Shown: positions 21,535 through 29,749 of the stretch, piece after piece
Layout: each line of letters begins with the position of its first letter
How positions within the stretch are numbered: the stretch's first letter is position 1
NCBI GenBank assembly: GCA_031288595.1
Contig: JAITRB010000005.1
Coordinates: 1 to 32,000, forward strand
DNA: 32,000 bases
DNA from: Puniceicoccales bacterium
GTDB taxonomy: Bacteria; Verrucomicrobiota; Verrucomicrobiia; Opitutales; JAIRLG01
Direction of reading: 5' to 3'
The notes under the pieces: model-generated
Database searches by the model: none
What the model was told of the DNA's origin: nothing
The model's input: the letters and a program-made list of their open reading frames with translations, nothing else
Program-made: the position numbers and the translations under genes

Positions 21535-22712
21535 GGGCATTGCGGCTTCGGGACTTCCCTCTGGCTCTGGATGGGTCCCGTCCCGACTTCCTGATCATCG
21601 CGGGAGAGGCCTCTGGAGATGAGCATGCGGCCCGTATGGTAGAGGGTTTATTCTGCGAGAATCCCCAAGTGTCGGTCTATGCCTTCGGCGGGAAAAATCT
21701 CCAGGCGGCCGGTGCCCATCTGCTCTATGATCTGACGCAGCACGCGGTCATAGGCCTGTGTGAGGTTTTGAGGAATCTCGGCCTGTTCCGGCAATTGCTC
21801 GCGGCGGTCATCGACTGGGTGGCCATCCACAGGCCGCGTACGGTCTGCCTGGTGGATTACCCGGGCTTCAACCTGCGATTGGCCAAACGCCTTTTCCAAA
21901 GGGGCTTGAGCCGGAAGGGTGGCGGCGAGGTCGCGCTCTACTACTACATCAGCCCGCAGATCTGGGCCTGGAAGGCAAAGCGCCGCTTTGGGATGGCCCG
22001 CTGGCTCGACCATCTGGGGCTTATCTTTCCCTTTGAAAAGGATTTTTTCGCAGACATCCCGCTGCGGGTCTCCTTTGTCGGCCATCCCTTGTTGTGCGCC
22101 AAAGCTTCTTTCCTATCGTACGCTCCCCAGGGGGTACTGCTCCTGCTACCCGGAAGCCGCGTGGCGACCGTCCGCCGGCTCTTCCCGCTGATGCTCGAAA
22201 CTTTTCGGCGACTGCAGCCCCAATTCCCACACCTCTTAGCGGCGGTGCCGTATGCCGACGAGGGGGTGTTGGAAGAATTGCGGGGGATATTTGCAGGGTA
22301 CGAAGACCTTCGGTCCTACCTGCGATTTGTTTCCGTTTCAGGCCCAGATCTTCCCTGTGCGGCGAGCCTGATGGTCTCCGGCACCATGTCCCTCAGCTGC
22401 GCTCTGGCCGGTATCCCTGGGGTCATCACCCATAAAATCCATCCCCTGAGCTACTTCCTGGCCAGGCACTGGGTCAAGATTCCCTACATCGGCATGGCCA
22501 ATATTCTGCTGAAGCGGAAGTCGCTGCCGGAGTATATCCAGAGCGAGGCCGAGCCTTCTGCCCTGTGCGAGGAAGTCTCGCAGTGCCTGCGGGATCCCAG
22601 GAGAATCGAACAGGCGCAACAGGATGCCGAAGCCCTGAGGGCCATCCTTGGAGCACAGCCGGATCTGAAGGTGGCCGAGTGGCTCCTCACTTCGCTGGAG
22701 GAGAAATTTTAG
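21531..22712 (+). CDS. lpxB: Lipid-A-disaccharide synthase
   Basis: The LpxB-like sequence begins at MRALRL...FLIIAGEASGDEHAARMV. The ATG at 21531 overlaps the ychF stop (ATGA, 21531-21534). The track ORF start at 21330 lies inside ychF and was rejected. Confidence 0.88.
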   Translation: MRALRLRDFPLALDGSRPDFLIIAGEASGDEHAARMVEGLFCENPQVSVYAFGGKNLQAAGAHLLYDLTQHAVIGLCEVLRNLGLFRQLLAAVIDWVAIHRPRTVCLVDYPGFNLRLAKRLFQRGLSRKGGGEVALYYYISPQIWAWKAKRRFGMARWLDHLGLIFPFEKDFFADIPLRVSFVGHPLLCAKASFLSYAPQGVLLLLPGSRVATVRRLFPLMLETFRRLQPQFPHLLAAVPYADEGVLEELRGIFAGYEDLRSYLRFVSVSGPDLPCAASLMVSGTMSLSCALAGIPGVITHKIHPLSYFLARHWVKIPYIGMANILLKRKSLPEYIQSEAEPSALCEEVSQCLRDPRRIEQAQQDAEALRAILGAQPDLKVAEWLLTSLEEKF

Positions 22713-22782
22713 GGGAAAGCCTAGGTCTTACACGGGAAAGGCCGATTTGGGGAATTTCGGGCCCGGATATTTGGGCGGAGCT

Positions 22783-22881
22783 GGCGCTGTCTTTGGATTC
22801 CGGAGGAATCAGCCCGCGCAGCGGGCACCAGAGCGGCAAATGAAAAGGCCTTTTCATCTGCCGCTCTGCAAAGACAGCGCC
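22783..22881 (+). repeat. Four-way-junction intergenic element, copy E (family 1)
   Basis: Closing stem 22783-22795 GGCGCTGTCTTTG pairs with 22869-22881 CAAAGACAGCGCC (13 bp). Hairpin 22796-22801/22805-22810 (GATTCC GGA GGAATC). GC hairpin 22812-22817/22821-22826 (GCCCGC GCA GCGGGC). Long hairpin 22829-22846/22851-22868 (one A-C). Overlaps the last 9 or so codons of mutY. Confidence 0.88.
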
Positions 22882-23942
22882 GGAGCCGATGGCCCCCCTT
22901 CTTCCCGCACGATTTCCCGGAGTTTGGGCAGCCAGCGGCGATGGGGCCCTGAGAGGGGGATCTGTTTCAGTTCCGCAGCCGAGAACCAGCGGCCATCGGA
23001 GGGTATCGGGGTCCTCTCATCGACTTTTAAAATGTGAAACTTTTCCGTGAACCGTGTGAGGCCGATGCTTCGCCTGCCCGTAAAGATGGGCGGGAGGAGT
23101 TTTGGGGAAAACGGAATTGGAATTTCCGGGAATTCCCAGATGAGGGCCGTAGGCTTGCTCGGAATGCCCATGGGCGATAAGAGGAGCCGGTCCCGGTGGA
23201 AAAAGAGGCCGCGGGCCTTGCTGGCTTTTCTGTAGCTGGGGATCTTGAATCGCGGGATGCTTTCGGCCGTCGCGTGGAGATGGGCCCGACAATGAGAACG
23301 TAGGGGGCAGAGCAGGCACTGTGGGTGCTGTGGCAGACAGATCAGCGCGCCGAGCTCCATGAGCCCCTCATTGTAGAGGGCATGGCGTGGGGAATCGAGG
23401 CAGCGCTCGGCCAAGGGACGTAGGTAACTCAGGGCCTGCGCCTGGCCGTCGAAGGCACGTTGGATATTTCCGAAGCGCAGCAGGACGCGGAGAATATTTC
23501 CATCCATGACGGCCACTGGTGTATCTTGAGAAAAGCTGGCGATGGCCGCCGCCGTGTAGCGGCCGATGCCGGGGAGTTTTTCCCAATCGCCGACCGTTTG
23601 GGGCAGATGCCCTTGCCGTCGAATGATTTGGGCGATTTCGTGGAGTGCCGAGGCACGCCGATAGTAGCCCAGTCCTTCCCACAGGCCTAGAACCTCCACC
23701 TCATCAGCTTGGGCTAGGCTTTCCAGGTCAGGGAAGCGCCGGATCCATCGCTCGAAATAAGGCACGACCGTTTTGACCTGGGTCTGCTGGAGCATCATCT
23801 CCGAAATGAGTGTGTGGTAGACGGAGCGTTTCTGGCGCCAGGGCAGAGAGCGAGCCTGGTGGGCATAGAAATCGATCACCGCTTGCCTGAGAAAGAGGAT
23901 TGCCTTTCGGGATAGGTGGAGTGACGGCATGGGATGAGCCAT
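22854..23942 (-). CDS. mutY: A/G-specific adenine DNA glycosylase
   Basis: 362 aa. Motifs SEMMLQQTQV, GLGYYRRA, MDGNILRV, and Fe-S loop C..QHPQCLLCPLRSHC. C-terminal NUDIX-like domain. Confidence 0.9.
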   Translation of the reverse strand: MAHPMPSLHLSRKAILFLRQAVIDFYAHQARSLPWRQKRSVYHTLISEMMLQQTQVKTVVPYFERWIRRFPDLESLAQADEVEVLGLWEGLGYYRRASALHEIAQIIRRQGHLPQTVGDWEKLPGIGRYTAAAIASFSQDTPVAVMDGNILRVLLRFGNIQRAFDGQAQALSYLRPLAERCLDSPRHALYNEGLMELGALICLPQHPQCLLCPLRSHCRAHLHATAESIPRFKIPSYRKASKARGLFFHRDRLLLSPMGIPSKPTALIWEFPEIPIPFSPKLLPPIFTGRRSIGLTRFTEKFHILKVDERTPIPSDGRWFSAAELKQIPLSGPHRRWLPKLREIVREEGGPSAPALSLQSGR

Positions 23943-24002
23943 GCCGCGAAAAACTTTAGGTTTGGCAATACGGAGGAAATTTTTATAAAGGGAGGCTGGC
24001 TT

Positions 24003-24494
24003 ATGGATCGCAGGGAACAGGTGAATTTGTTACTAAAGGGGGTCTCGAAGCGCCTGGGGCTTGGGCTGAGATTCGACGGAGAGGCTAGTACCTGCCGGTT
24101 TCGGGATAACGGCTCGCAGCGGCATTATATTTTGGAAGTACTGGAGAATCACGACATGCTCTACATCTACTGCCCACTGATGGAAGTCCCCTGCGAGGGG
24201 TGTGAGACCTTCTTTCAATTCCTCCTGAGCCTCAACCTGCATGGACTCCTGACGCAGCATGCCTTCGTCGGCCTCGATGAGGTGAAAAATCTCATCGTCA
24301 TGTCCTACTCCTTTCCCATCGAGCTTCTGGATGAATCGCTGCTCTTCAACCTGATCGTCCACTTCACCTCCTCGGCTGAAAAGGTCTACCAGATGCTGGA
24401 CAATTTTCTCAAGTCGAGCTCCTTTGCGAAGGGCATCGGGGCGAGCCGCAGGAATGACCTGGCTAAGACGAGCCGGCTCAGGGTTCGGGTTTAA
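24003..24494 (+). CDS. Type III secretion class-I chaperone, CesT family
   Basis: Start placed at MDRREQVNLLLKG, with GGGAGG 8-13 nt upstream. 163 aa, acidic. Matches the CesT pattern (LGL.LRFD..., YILEV, MLYIYCPL, FLLSLNLHG, LIVMSYSFP, helical C-terminus). Confidence 0.65.
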   Translation: MDRREQVNLLLKGVSKRLGLGLRFDGEASTCRFRDNGSQRHYILEVLENHDMLYIYCPLMEVPCEGCETFFQFLLSLNLHGLLTQHAFVGLDEVKNLIVMSYSFPIELLDESLLFNLIVHFTSSAEKVYQMLDNFLKSSSFAKGIGASRRNDLAKTSRLRVRV

Positions 24495-24501
24495 CAAAAA
24501 G

Positions 24502-25176
24502 ATGTCGGAATTCCCCTATGCCTTGGGCTCAGCTTCGACGGGGTCGGTGCAGGAGACGATTGCCTCTTCCAGTGAGCCGAAAGGACTGGAAAATCCGGTC
24601 AGTTCAGTGGCGGACTTGCTGCGATCCCATGGCGAGCTGGTGGGCTCTCCGCTGGTGGAAGTGGCGGAAGCGAGAATGGATTTGAGTGTCGTTGAGGAGA
24701 GTGAAGAGGAATCGACCCGCAGCATCGGCCAGATGGAGAGGGAGGGGATTTTTCTGGATACCGACGGTGATGGGATTCCGGACTACCGCGACCTGAGTGG
24801 CAGCGAGTCGCGCTTCGCGCAGGAGGCGGATAAGGGGATGAGCAATGCGATGGAAATGCTGAGGGCGATGATGGGGAATGTTCTCGGGTTTAATTTCCGA
24901 CCCGATATCCTGAAGTCGGAGGAGGCCGTGAGTGAAATTTCAAAGGCACAGGGCGGAAACCTGCAGGCGACACTGGCGGCTACCCATAGAAATCGCGTCA
25001 CAATGGACTTCGATGTCGGAGTCTCGTCCTGGCGTCGGATGGCCCAGAAGCGGAGGGACCTCTTCCGCCGGACGAGGGAACTTAGGGGGCTTAGCCATAT
25101 GGAGGGTTTTTATAAAAATATGCCCCAAGTGGCGGATCGCTCGCGGATAGATGCTGATGTGTCGAGGCCGCGCTGA
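24502..25176 (+). CDS. Hypothetical protein; candidate T3SS substrate
   Basis: 224 aa from the ATG at 24502, 7 nt after the chaperone's stop. No signal peptide. Ser/Thr-rich, disordered-looking N-terminus. Contains DTDGDGIPDYRD (TSP type-3-like Ca-binding motif). No recognisable enzymatic family. Confidence 0.45.
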   Translation: MSEFPYALGSASTGSVQETIASSSEPKGLENPVSSVADLLRSHGELVGSPLVEVAEARMDLSVVEESEEESTRSIGQMEREGIFLDTDGDGIPDYRDLSGSESRFAQEADKGMSNAMEMLRAMMGNVLGFNFRPDILKSEEAVSEISKAQGGNLQATLAATHRNRVTMDFDVGVSSWRRMAQKRRDLFRRTRELRGLSHMEGFYKNMPQVADRSRIDADVSRPR

Positions 25177-25209
25177 GGATTTTGAGAGGAATCGTTTGTG
25201 ATGCTTTGT

Positions 25210-25309
25210 GGGCGATGGCCCGTCGGAGAACGGCCTTTGGCCGTTCTCCGACTCCGGCTGTTTTCATGCAATGAAAACAGCCATCTGGCTTTGCCAGGGG
25301 CCATCGCCC
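25210..25309. repeat. Four-way-junction intergenic element, copy G (family 2)
   Basis: Closing stem 25210-25221 GGGCGATGGCCC pairs with 25298-25309 GGGCCATCGCCC. Hairpins 25222-25235/25239-25252 (14 bp), 25256-25267/25271-25282 (12 bp) and 25285-25289/25293-25297 (CTGGC TTT GCCAG). If the short hairpin is taken as equivalent to the first hairpin of family 1, the element is minus-oriented (tentative). Confidence 0.75.
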
Positions 25310-25447
25310 CACAGCACGCCCCATAAGCTCTCGTCTCCCGCCGCCAACGCCTTTCCCTCTGTCTAGATTTCCCATCTCCAAACTCGGATGTTCCTCTGAC
25401 TATTTGCTTGTAAGGATCCCCAACGCTTCCAGAAATGCGAGGACTGA

Positions 25448-26016
25448 GTGGAGATCGATCGGGAGAAAATTGAGAGGAGCGTACGGCTCCTGCTGGCAGG
25501 AATCGGCGAGAATCCGAAACGCGAGGGCCTGTTCGGAACACCGGGACGAATCGCTGCGTTTTTCGAGGAGTTCTTGGGCCTAAGGGATACATTTGAAAGT
25601 GTCCGGAAGCTGTTTCAGGTCGAGTCAGATGGCCGCTATGTGCTCTTGGCATTCCCTTCTATTCGCTCTGTGAACATCACTTCCTGCCCTTTTACGGCAA
25701 GGCATCGATGGCCTATGAAGTGTCCCAGAAGCGCGTTCTAGGCCTGAGAAAATTCATGCGCTTAAGACTCTGTACCGGCCACCTACAGCTGCAGGAGCAC
25801 CTGGCGGAGGAACTGGCGAATGCCCTTGTGAAGGCGACGGACGGCGGGAGTGTCCTGATACTCCTGGAGGCCGAGCATCTCTGCACCCGCATGCGGTGGC
25901 TTAGGTCGGAAGGAGCCTGCTACGTAACCCGAGCCCTGAGGGGGAATTTCGCCGGCGACACCGCCCTGCTCTCGGATATGCTGGCGATGATCCGTCTGGG
26001 AAGGACAGGACTCTGA
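25448..26016 (+). pseudogene. folE: GTP cyclohydrolase I (FolE), interrupted by a frameshift
   Basis: The N-terminal part (GTG at 25448; GENPKREGL.GTPGRIA) is in one frame. The catalytic block GIPFYSLCEHHFLPFYGKA and the rest (to 26016) are in the -1 frame, which is open from 25597. The frames must switch near 25640-25650. Confidence 0.7.
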
Positions 26017-26024
26017 GCAAATCG

Positions 26025-26816
26025 ATGGAAGAGGCGATTCTCGTCGGCGTTCTGAACCTCACACCGGATTCCTTCTCGGATGGCGGTCTTTACTGTACGC
26101 TGGACCGTGCCCTGGAACACGCGCGCCAGATGCGGGCGGAAGGCGCTGCCTACATCGATGTGGGGGGGGAATCGACCCGCCCTGGCTTTACGGCCATAGG
26201 CGTTCGGGAAGAATGGGAGCGCATCGCTCCGGTCCTCGAGGAATTGCGGAGGGAGCATATTCCGATCTCGGTCGATACGAGAAAACGAGAGCTGATCCCG
26301 CTGGCTTTGGATGCCGGAGCTTCGATGATCAACTTCCAGGGCAGTGTTCGCGAGGCCCTGGAGCTGACGAGGTCATCGGAATTTCTTCGGAGCGAGGGGC
26401 ATTGGGTCCTGATGTACAACGGCCGTACGGACGAAGGGAACGAAAAGCTCTCACCCGAGCAGCGGAGAGTCCTGTTTTTCGAGCGCTGTGCCGAGCACCT
26501 GGCTTCGAGAAACATCCCCGCCGAGCGCGTCATCTTCGACCTCGGCATCGGCTTCGGGACCTCAGACGGAGAAGCTGAGTATCTTCTCCGCCAACAGGAG
26601 CGTTTCATCCGGCGCTGGGAACATCCCTGGATGCTGGCGATTTCCAAAAAATCCTTCCTGAAGCGCTGGTGTTCAGGCGCGGGAGCGGAGCAACGGCTGG
26701 AGCTTAGTCTGGCGCTGGCACTCATGAGCTACCGGCAGGGCTGCCGCTACTTCCGCGTCCACGATGTCCGGCCGCATCGGGATTGCCTCCGAGCCATACG
26801 TGAAATTTATGGATAG
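26025..26816 (+). CDS. folP: Dihydropteroate synthase
   Basis: 263 aa. Motifs GVLNLTPDSFSDGG, IDVGGESTRPG, SVDT, DLGIGFG and RVHDV. Confidence 0.9.
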   Translation: MEEAILVGVLNLTPDSFSDGGLYCTLDRALEHARQMRAEGAAYIDVGGESTRPGFTAIGVREEWERIAPVLEELRREHIPISVDTRKRELIPLALDAGASMINFQGSVREALELTRSSEFLRSEGHWVLMYNGRTDEGNEKLSPEQRRVLFFERCAEHLASRNIPAERVIFDLGIGFGTSDGEAEYLLRQQERFIRRWEHPWMLAISKKSFLKRWCSGAGAEQRLELSLALALMSYRQGCRYFRVHDVRPHRDCLRAIREIYG

Positions 26817-27201
26817 TTTATTTCTGCGAGGTCTTTCCTATGAGGCGCGACACGGCGTCGAGGATTTCGAGCATCAGGTCTCCCAGACGTTTGGGCTTTC
26901 CGTCGAACTTCGCGGTGATTTCGGTCGGGCCATCGCGACGGATGAGCTTGCAGAATCCGTAGACTACGATGCGGTGGAGCGCTGCCTGGCTCGGGAAATC
27001 CATGCGAAGAGCTTCCATCTCATCGAGGCCCTGGCATCCCATCTGGTAGCGGAGCTTTTTCGAAGCTTCCCCTCCGTGGTGGAAATTCGCCTGGAGCTGA
27101 GCAAGCGGCCGCTGCTGTGGGAGGGAAAATCCTATCACTCGATCGGGTTTTCCATGGAAAGGCGACGGCATGACGCGTGTTTATCTCTCACTCGGAACTA
27201 A
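26809..27201 (+). CDS. folB: Dihydroneopterin aldolase
   Basis: Start placed at MDSLFLRGLSYEARHGV..E, overlapping the folP end by 8 nt. Shows the DHNA pattern (Q.F.L.VEL, VDY, LIEALA, LSKRP). Confidence 0.75.
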   Translation: MDSLFLRGLSYEARHGVEDFEHQVSQTFGLSVELRGDFGRAIATDELAESVDYDAVERCLAREIHAKSFHLIEALASHLVAELFRSFPSVVEIRLELSKRPLLWEGKSYHSIGFSMERRRHDACLSLTRN

Positions 27202-28198
27202 TCTGGGCGATCGGGAAACCCAGCTCCGCAAAGCCGTAGGACTTCTGCAGGAGAGCTTTGGACTCTTCGCCCTTTCCGGTCTCTGGGAGACGGAGCCCTG
27301 GGGGCGTGTCCGGCAGCCGCCTTTCCTGAACCTCGCCCTGGGCCTCGAAGTTTCCGGGTCCATCGAGGCATTTTTCTCCCACATTCAGGCCATCGAGCAG
27401 CGGCTCGGCAAGAGGAGAGATGGCTTCTGGGCTGCCCGCAACATCGACATCGATCTCCTCTTCTGGGGCCACGAGCATTACCGTTCTCCGCATCTGCTGG
27501 TTCCGCATCCCTACTGGCATCAGCGGGCATTTGTCCTAAAACCTCTTCTGGAAATCGCCCCGCTACTCAATCCTGGAGGGAAAAATCTTCCTTTCTGGCT
27601 GCGGCGCTGCGAAGCCGAAGATCCATCAGTTGCTGCGCGCCGTGTCGGCCAACTCGAAGGCATTTCTCTCCCTCCACCTACTCCCTTGAGCTACGAGGAA
27701 TTGGAGGCACAGGGAGTCATCCTTAAGGGAATCGCGGGGGTGGATGCCCGGCAGGGCCTGGCACGCGAAGGAAGGATTCCCTGGGAGCTTCCCGAAGACC
27801 GTTCCTTTTTTCGCGAGCAGACCCGCGACGGCATCCTATGCCTGGGACGCAAAACGATGGAATCCCTGCCGCATGCCTTCGCTCCGGAGGAGCGCGAACT
27901 GTGGATTCTGAGCCGGAATGCGTCGTCCTGCGACCGTTTTCCCGCTGCCCTGGTCTTTCACCATCCGAGAGAACTGCGAGATGTGCGGACGCCGAAGAAC
28001 ATTTGGATCTGCGGTGGTGGGGAGGTTTATGCGCAATTCCTTCCTCTCTGCTCGGAGATCTATCTCACGCAACTGGCGGCGGATTACAACTGCGACCAGT
28101 TCCTCGACCCTTCCTGGCGGAAATTGTTCTCCGAAATGCGCTGTCTCAAACGCAATCCCCATGACGCCGTTTGGTACTACCGACGTCTTGGAGAATAG
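27170..28198 (+). CDS. Bifunctional HPPK (FolK) / dihydrofolate reductase-like (FolA) fusion protein
   Basis: 342 aa. The N-terminal 150 or so aa are HPPK (YLSLGTNLGDR, ETEPWG, NIDIDLL, VPHP). The C-terminal 165 or so aa are DHFR-like (IPWELPEDRSFFREQT, LGRKTMESLP, WILSRN, IWICGGGEVY, LTQL...CDQF). Confidence 0.8.
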   Translation: MTRVYLSLGTNLGDRETQLRKAVGLLQESFGLFALSGLWETEPWGRVRQPPFLNLALGLEVSGSIEAFFSHIQAIEQRLGKRRDGFWAARNIDIDLLFWGHEHYRSPHLLVPHPYWHQRAFVLKPLLEIAPLLNPGGKNLPFWLRRCEAEDPSVAARRVGQLEGISLPPPTPLSYEELEAQGVILKGIAGVDARQGLAREGRIPWELPEDRSFFREQTRDGILCLGRKTMESLPHAFAPEERELWILSRNASSCDRFPAALVFHHPRELRDVRTPKNIWICGGGEVYAQFLPLCSEIYLTQLAADYNCDQFLDPSWRKLFSEMRCLKRNPHDAVWYYRRLGE

Positions 28199-28708
28199 AC
28201 GCTTGAGGGGAGTTTTTTCTTGCCTCATGTATACAAGCACCGTAATATAAAAGGAGAGGAGGTATATACTGCCTCAATTCTGAAGGGAAGGGTTATGGTG
28301 GGAAAAATTCATCTGGCGGGGCTTAGTGCTCTGTGGGGCACTCTGTCTGTAGGGTATGCCGAGCGTTGGCCGAGAAATGGGATGACCTAGGAAGAGCTTC
28401 GCATTGCCGTGTACTGGAAGAACAAAACAGCTTTGTCGCCTCATGCCGAAGCTCGACCAGCACCCGCTTGTGCGATGTCGAGGACAGGTGGGGCCGGCGA
28501 AGGTGTTGACTTGAGAGGATACCCTGGTTTCCCTCATCTTGAGATGGATGGATCTGTTTGGCTCTGTAATCCTGATTTGGCCAAAACGCCTGAGCTGGAA
28601 GCTCCGGAAGACCCATTTGGGTTCCGTTCCTGAAAGGGGCCGTATTTCCCTCCTGAGGAGGGGGAATGGGTCCGCTGCGAAGAGCTTCTGGTCGCAGAGG
28701 GAAATTTT

Positions 28709-29686
28709 ATGCCAAACGTATTGGTGACCGGAGGTTGTGGCTATATCGGCTCGGGTCTTGTTCATCGGCTGAAACGCCTGAGCTATGGTGTGTCGGTGCT
28801 GGATTCTTTGGTTCATGGGGATAGGGGAGCGATTCCGGAAGACGTCCCGCTCTATGTCGGGGATTACGGCCACCTCGCTCTGATGGAACAGATTCTATCG
28901 GAGCAGGTGGTGGACTGCGTTCTGCACTGCGGGGCCTGGACGGACGTGCGCGAATCGCTGGCCTGGCCGATGATGTACTTCGTCAACAACCTGGCCGGAA
29001 CGATGTTTTTGCTGCAGGCCATGGTTCACAAGCACGTGAAGCAAATCATCTACCTATCGACGGCGTCGGTCTATGGAGAGGTGGAGAGTGGTTTAGCGGA
29101 TGAATCGCAGGTCCCGAATCCCATCAATCCCGACGGGATGACGCATCTGGGCGTCGAGCAGCTTTTGGCAGCTCTGGCGGAGTCCGAGCGCTGGAGCGTC
29201 GTCATCCTCCGTCCTTCCAATGTCGTAGGACGGGCCTCGTCGGGGGAAAGTATTTCTCTGAAGAAAGATAACCTGTTCTCCATTCTGGGTGAGGTCGTGA
29301 ACGGCGAACGGGAATCCTGCGAGGTTTTCGGTAACGACCGACCCACGTTCGACGGCACGGCGGTTCGGGATTACGTCCATGTGGAGGATGTGATCCATGC
29401 CTTCATCTCCGCCCTGTCGTCCATGCCGGCGATGGGGACGAGGGGAAGCTATAACCTCGCCTCCGGTCGGGGATATTCGGTCCGAGAGGTCATTCGGAGC
29501 TTCGAAAGGATTTTCGGCAAGAGGATTCCCGTTGTGGAGTCAGACGCTCATCCTGGGGAAATCGCCCGTTCCGTTCTGGACCCGAGGAAGGCACAGCGGG
29601 AACTTCACTGGGAGCGGCGGTTCGATGATCTGAAAACTCTGGTACGGGATACCTGTCCGGGGAGAGAGGGAGAGCTTTTCGGCTGA
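28709..29686 (+). CDS. NAD-dependent epimerase/dehydratase family protein (GalE-like extended SDR) with non-canonical active site
   Basis: 325 aa. Rossmann motif VLVTGGCGYIGSGLV, and STASVYGE. The expected PYGxSK (YxxxK) reads PDGMTH. Confidence 0.8.
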   Translation: MPNVLVTGGCGYIGSGLVHRLKRLSYGVSVLDSLVHGDRGAIPEDVPLYVGDYGHLALMEQILSEQVVDCVLHCGAWTDVRESLAWPMMYFVNNLAGTMFLLQAMVHKHVKQIIYLSTASVYGEVESGLADESQVPNPINPDGMTHLGVEQLLAALAESERWSVVILRPSNVVGRASSGESISLKKDNLFSILGEVVNGERESCEVFGNDRPTFDGTAVRDYVHVEDVIHAFISALSSMPAMGTRGSYNLASGRGYSVREVIRSFERIFGKRIPVVESDAHPGEIARSVLDPRKAQRELHWERRFDDLKTLVRDTCPGREGELFG

Positions 29687-29749
29687 TGGAGGGAAGGTTC
29701 TTTTGAGGGGTATTCGGAGAGGTGGTCTTTGGGGCTGGTTTCAAAATCT

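Noticed and set aside
25110-25652. 180-aa minus-strand ORF covering copy G and the folE 5' region
   Set aside because: It is rich in Arg, Pro and Ser, overlaps the folE N-terminus antisense, and is largely composed of the palindromic repeat.
28274-28873. 199-aa minus-strand ORF spanning the 28.2-28.7 kb gap
   Set aside because: It overlaps the N-terminus of the GalE-like gene antisense. The sequence is rich in Arg, Ser and Pro with no motifs, so it is probably non-coding.
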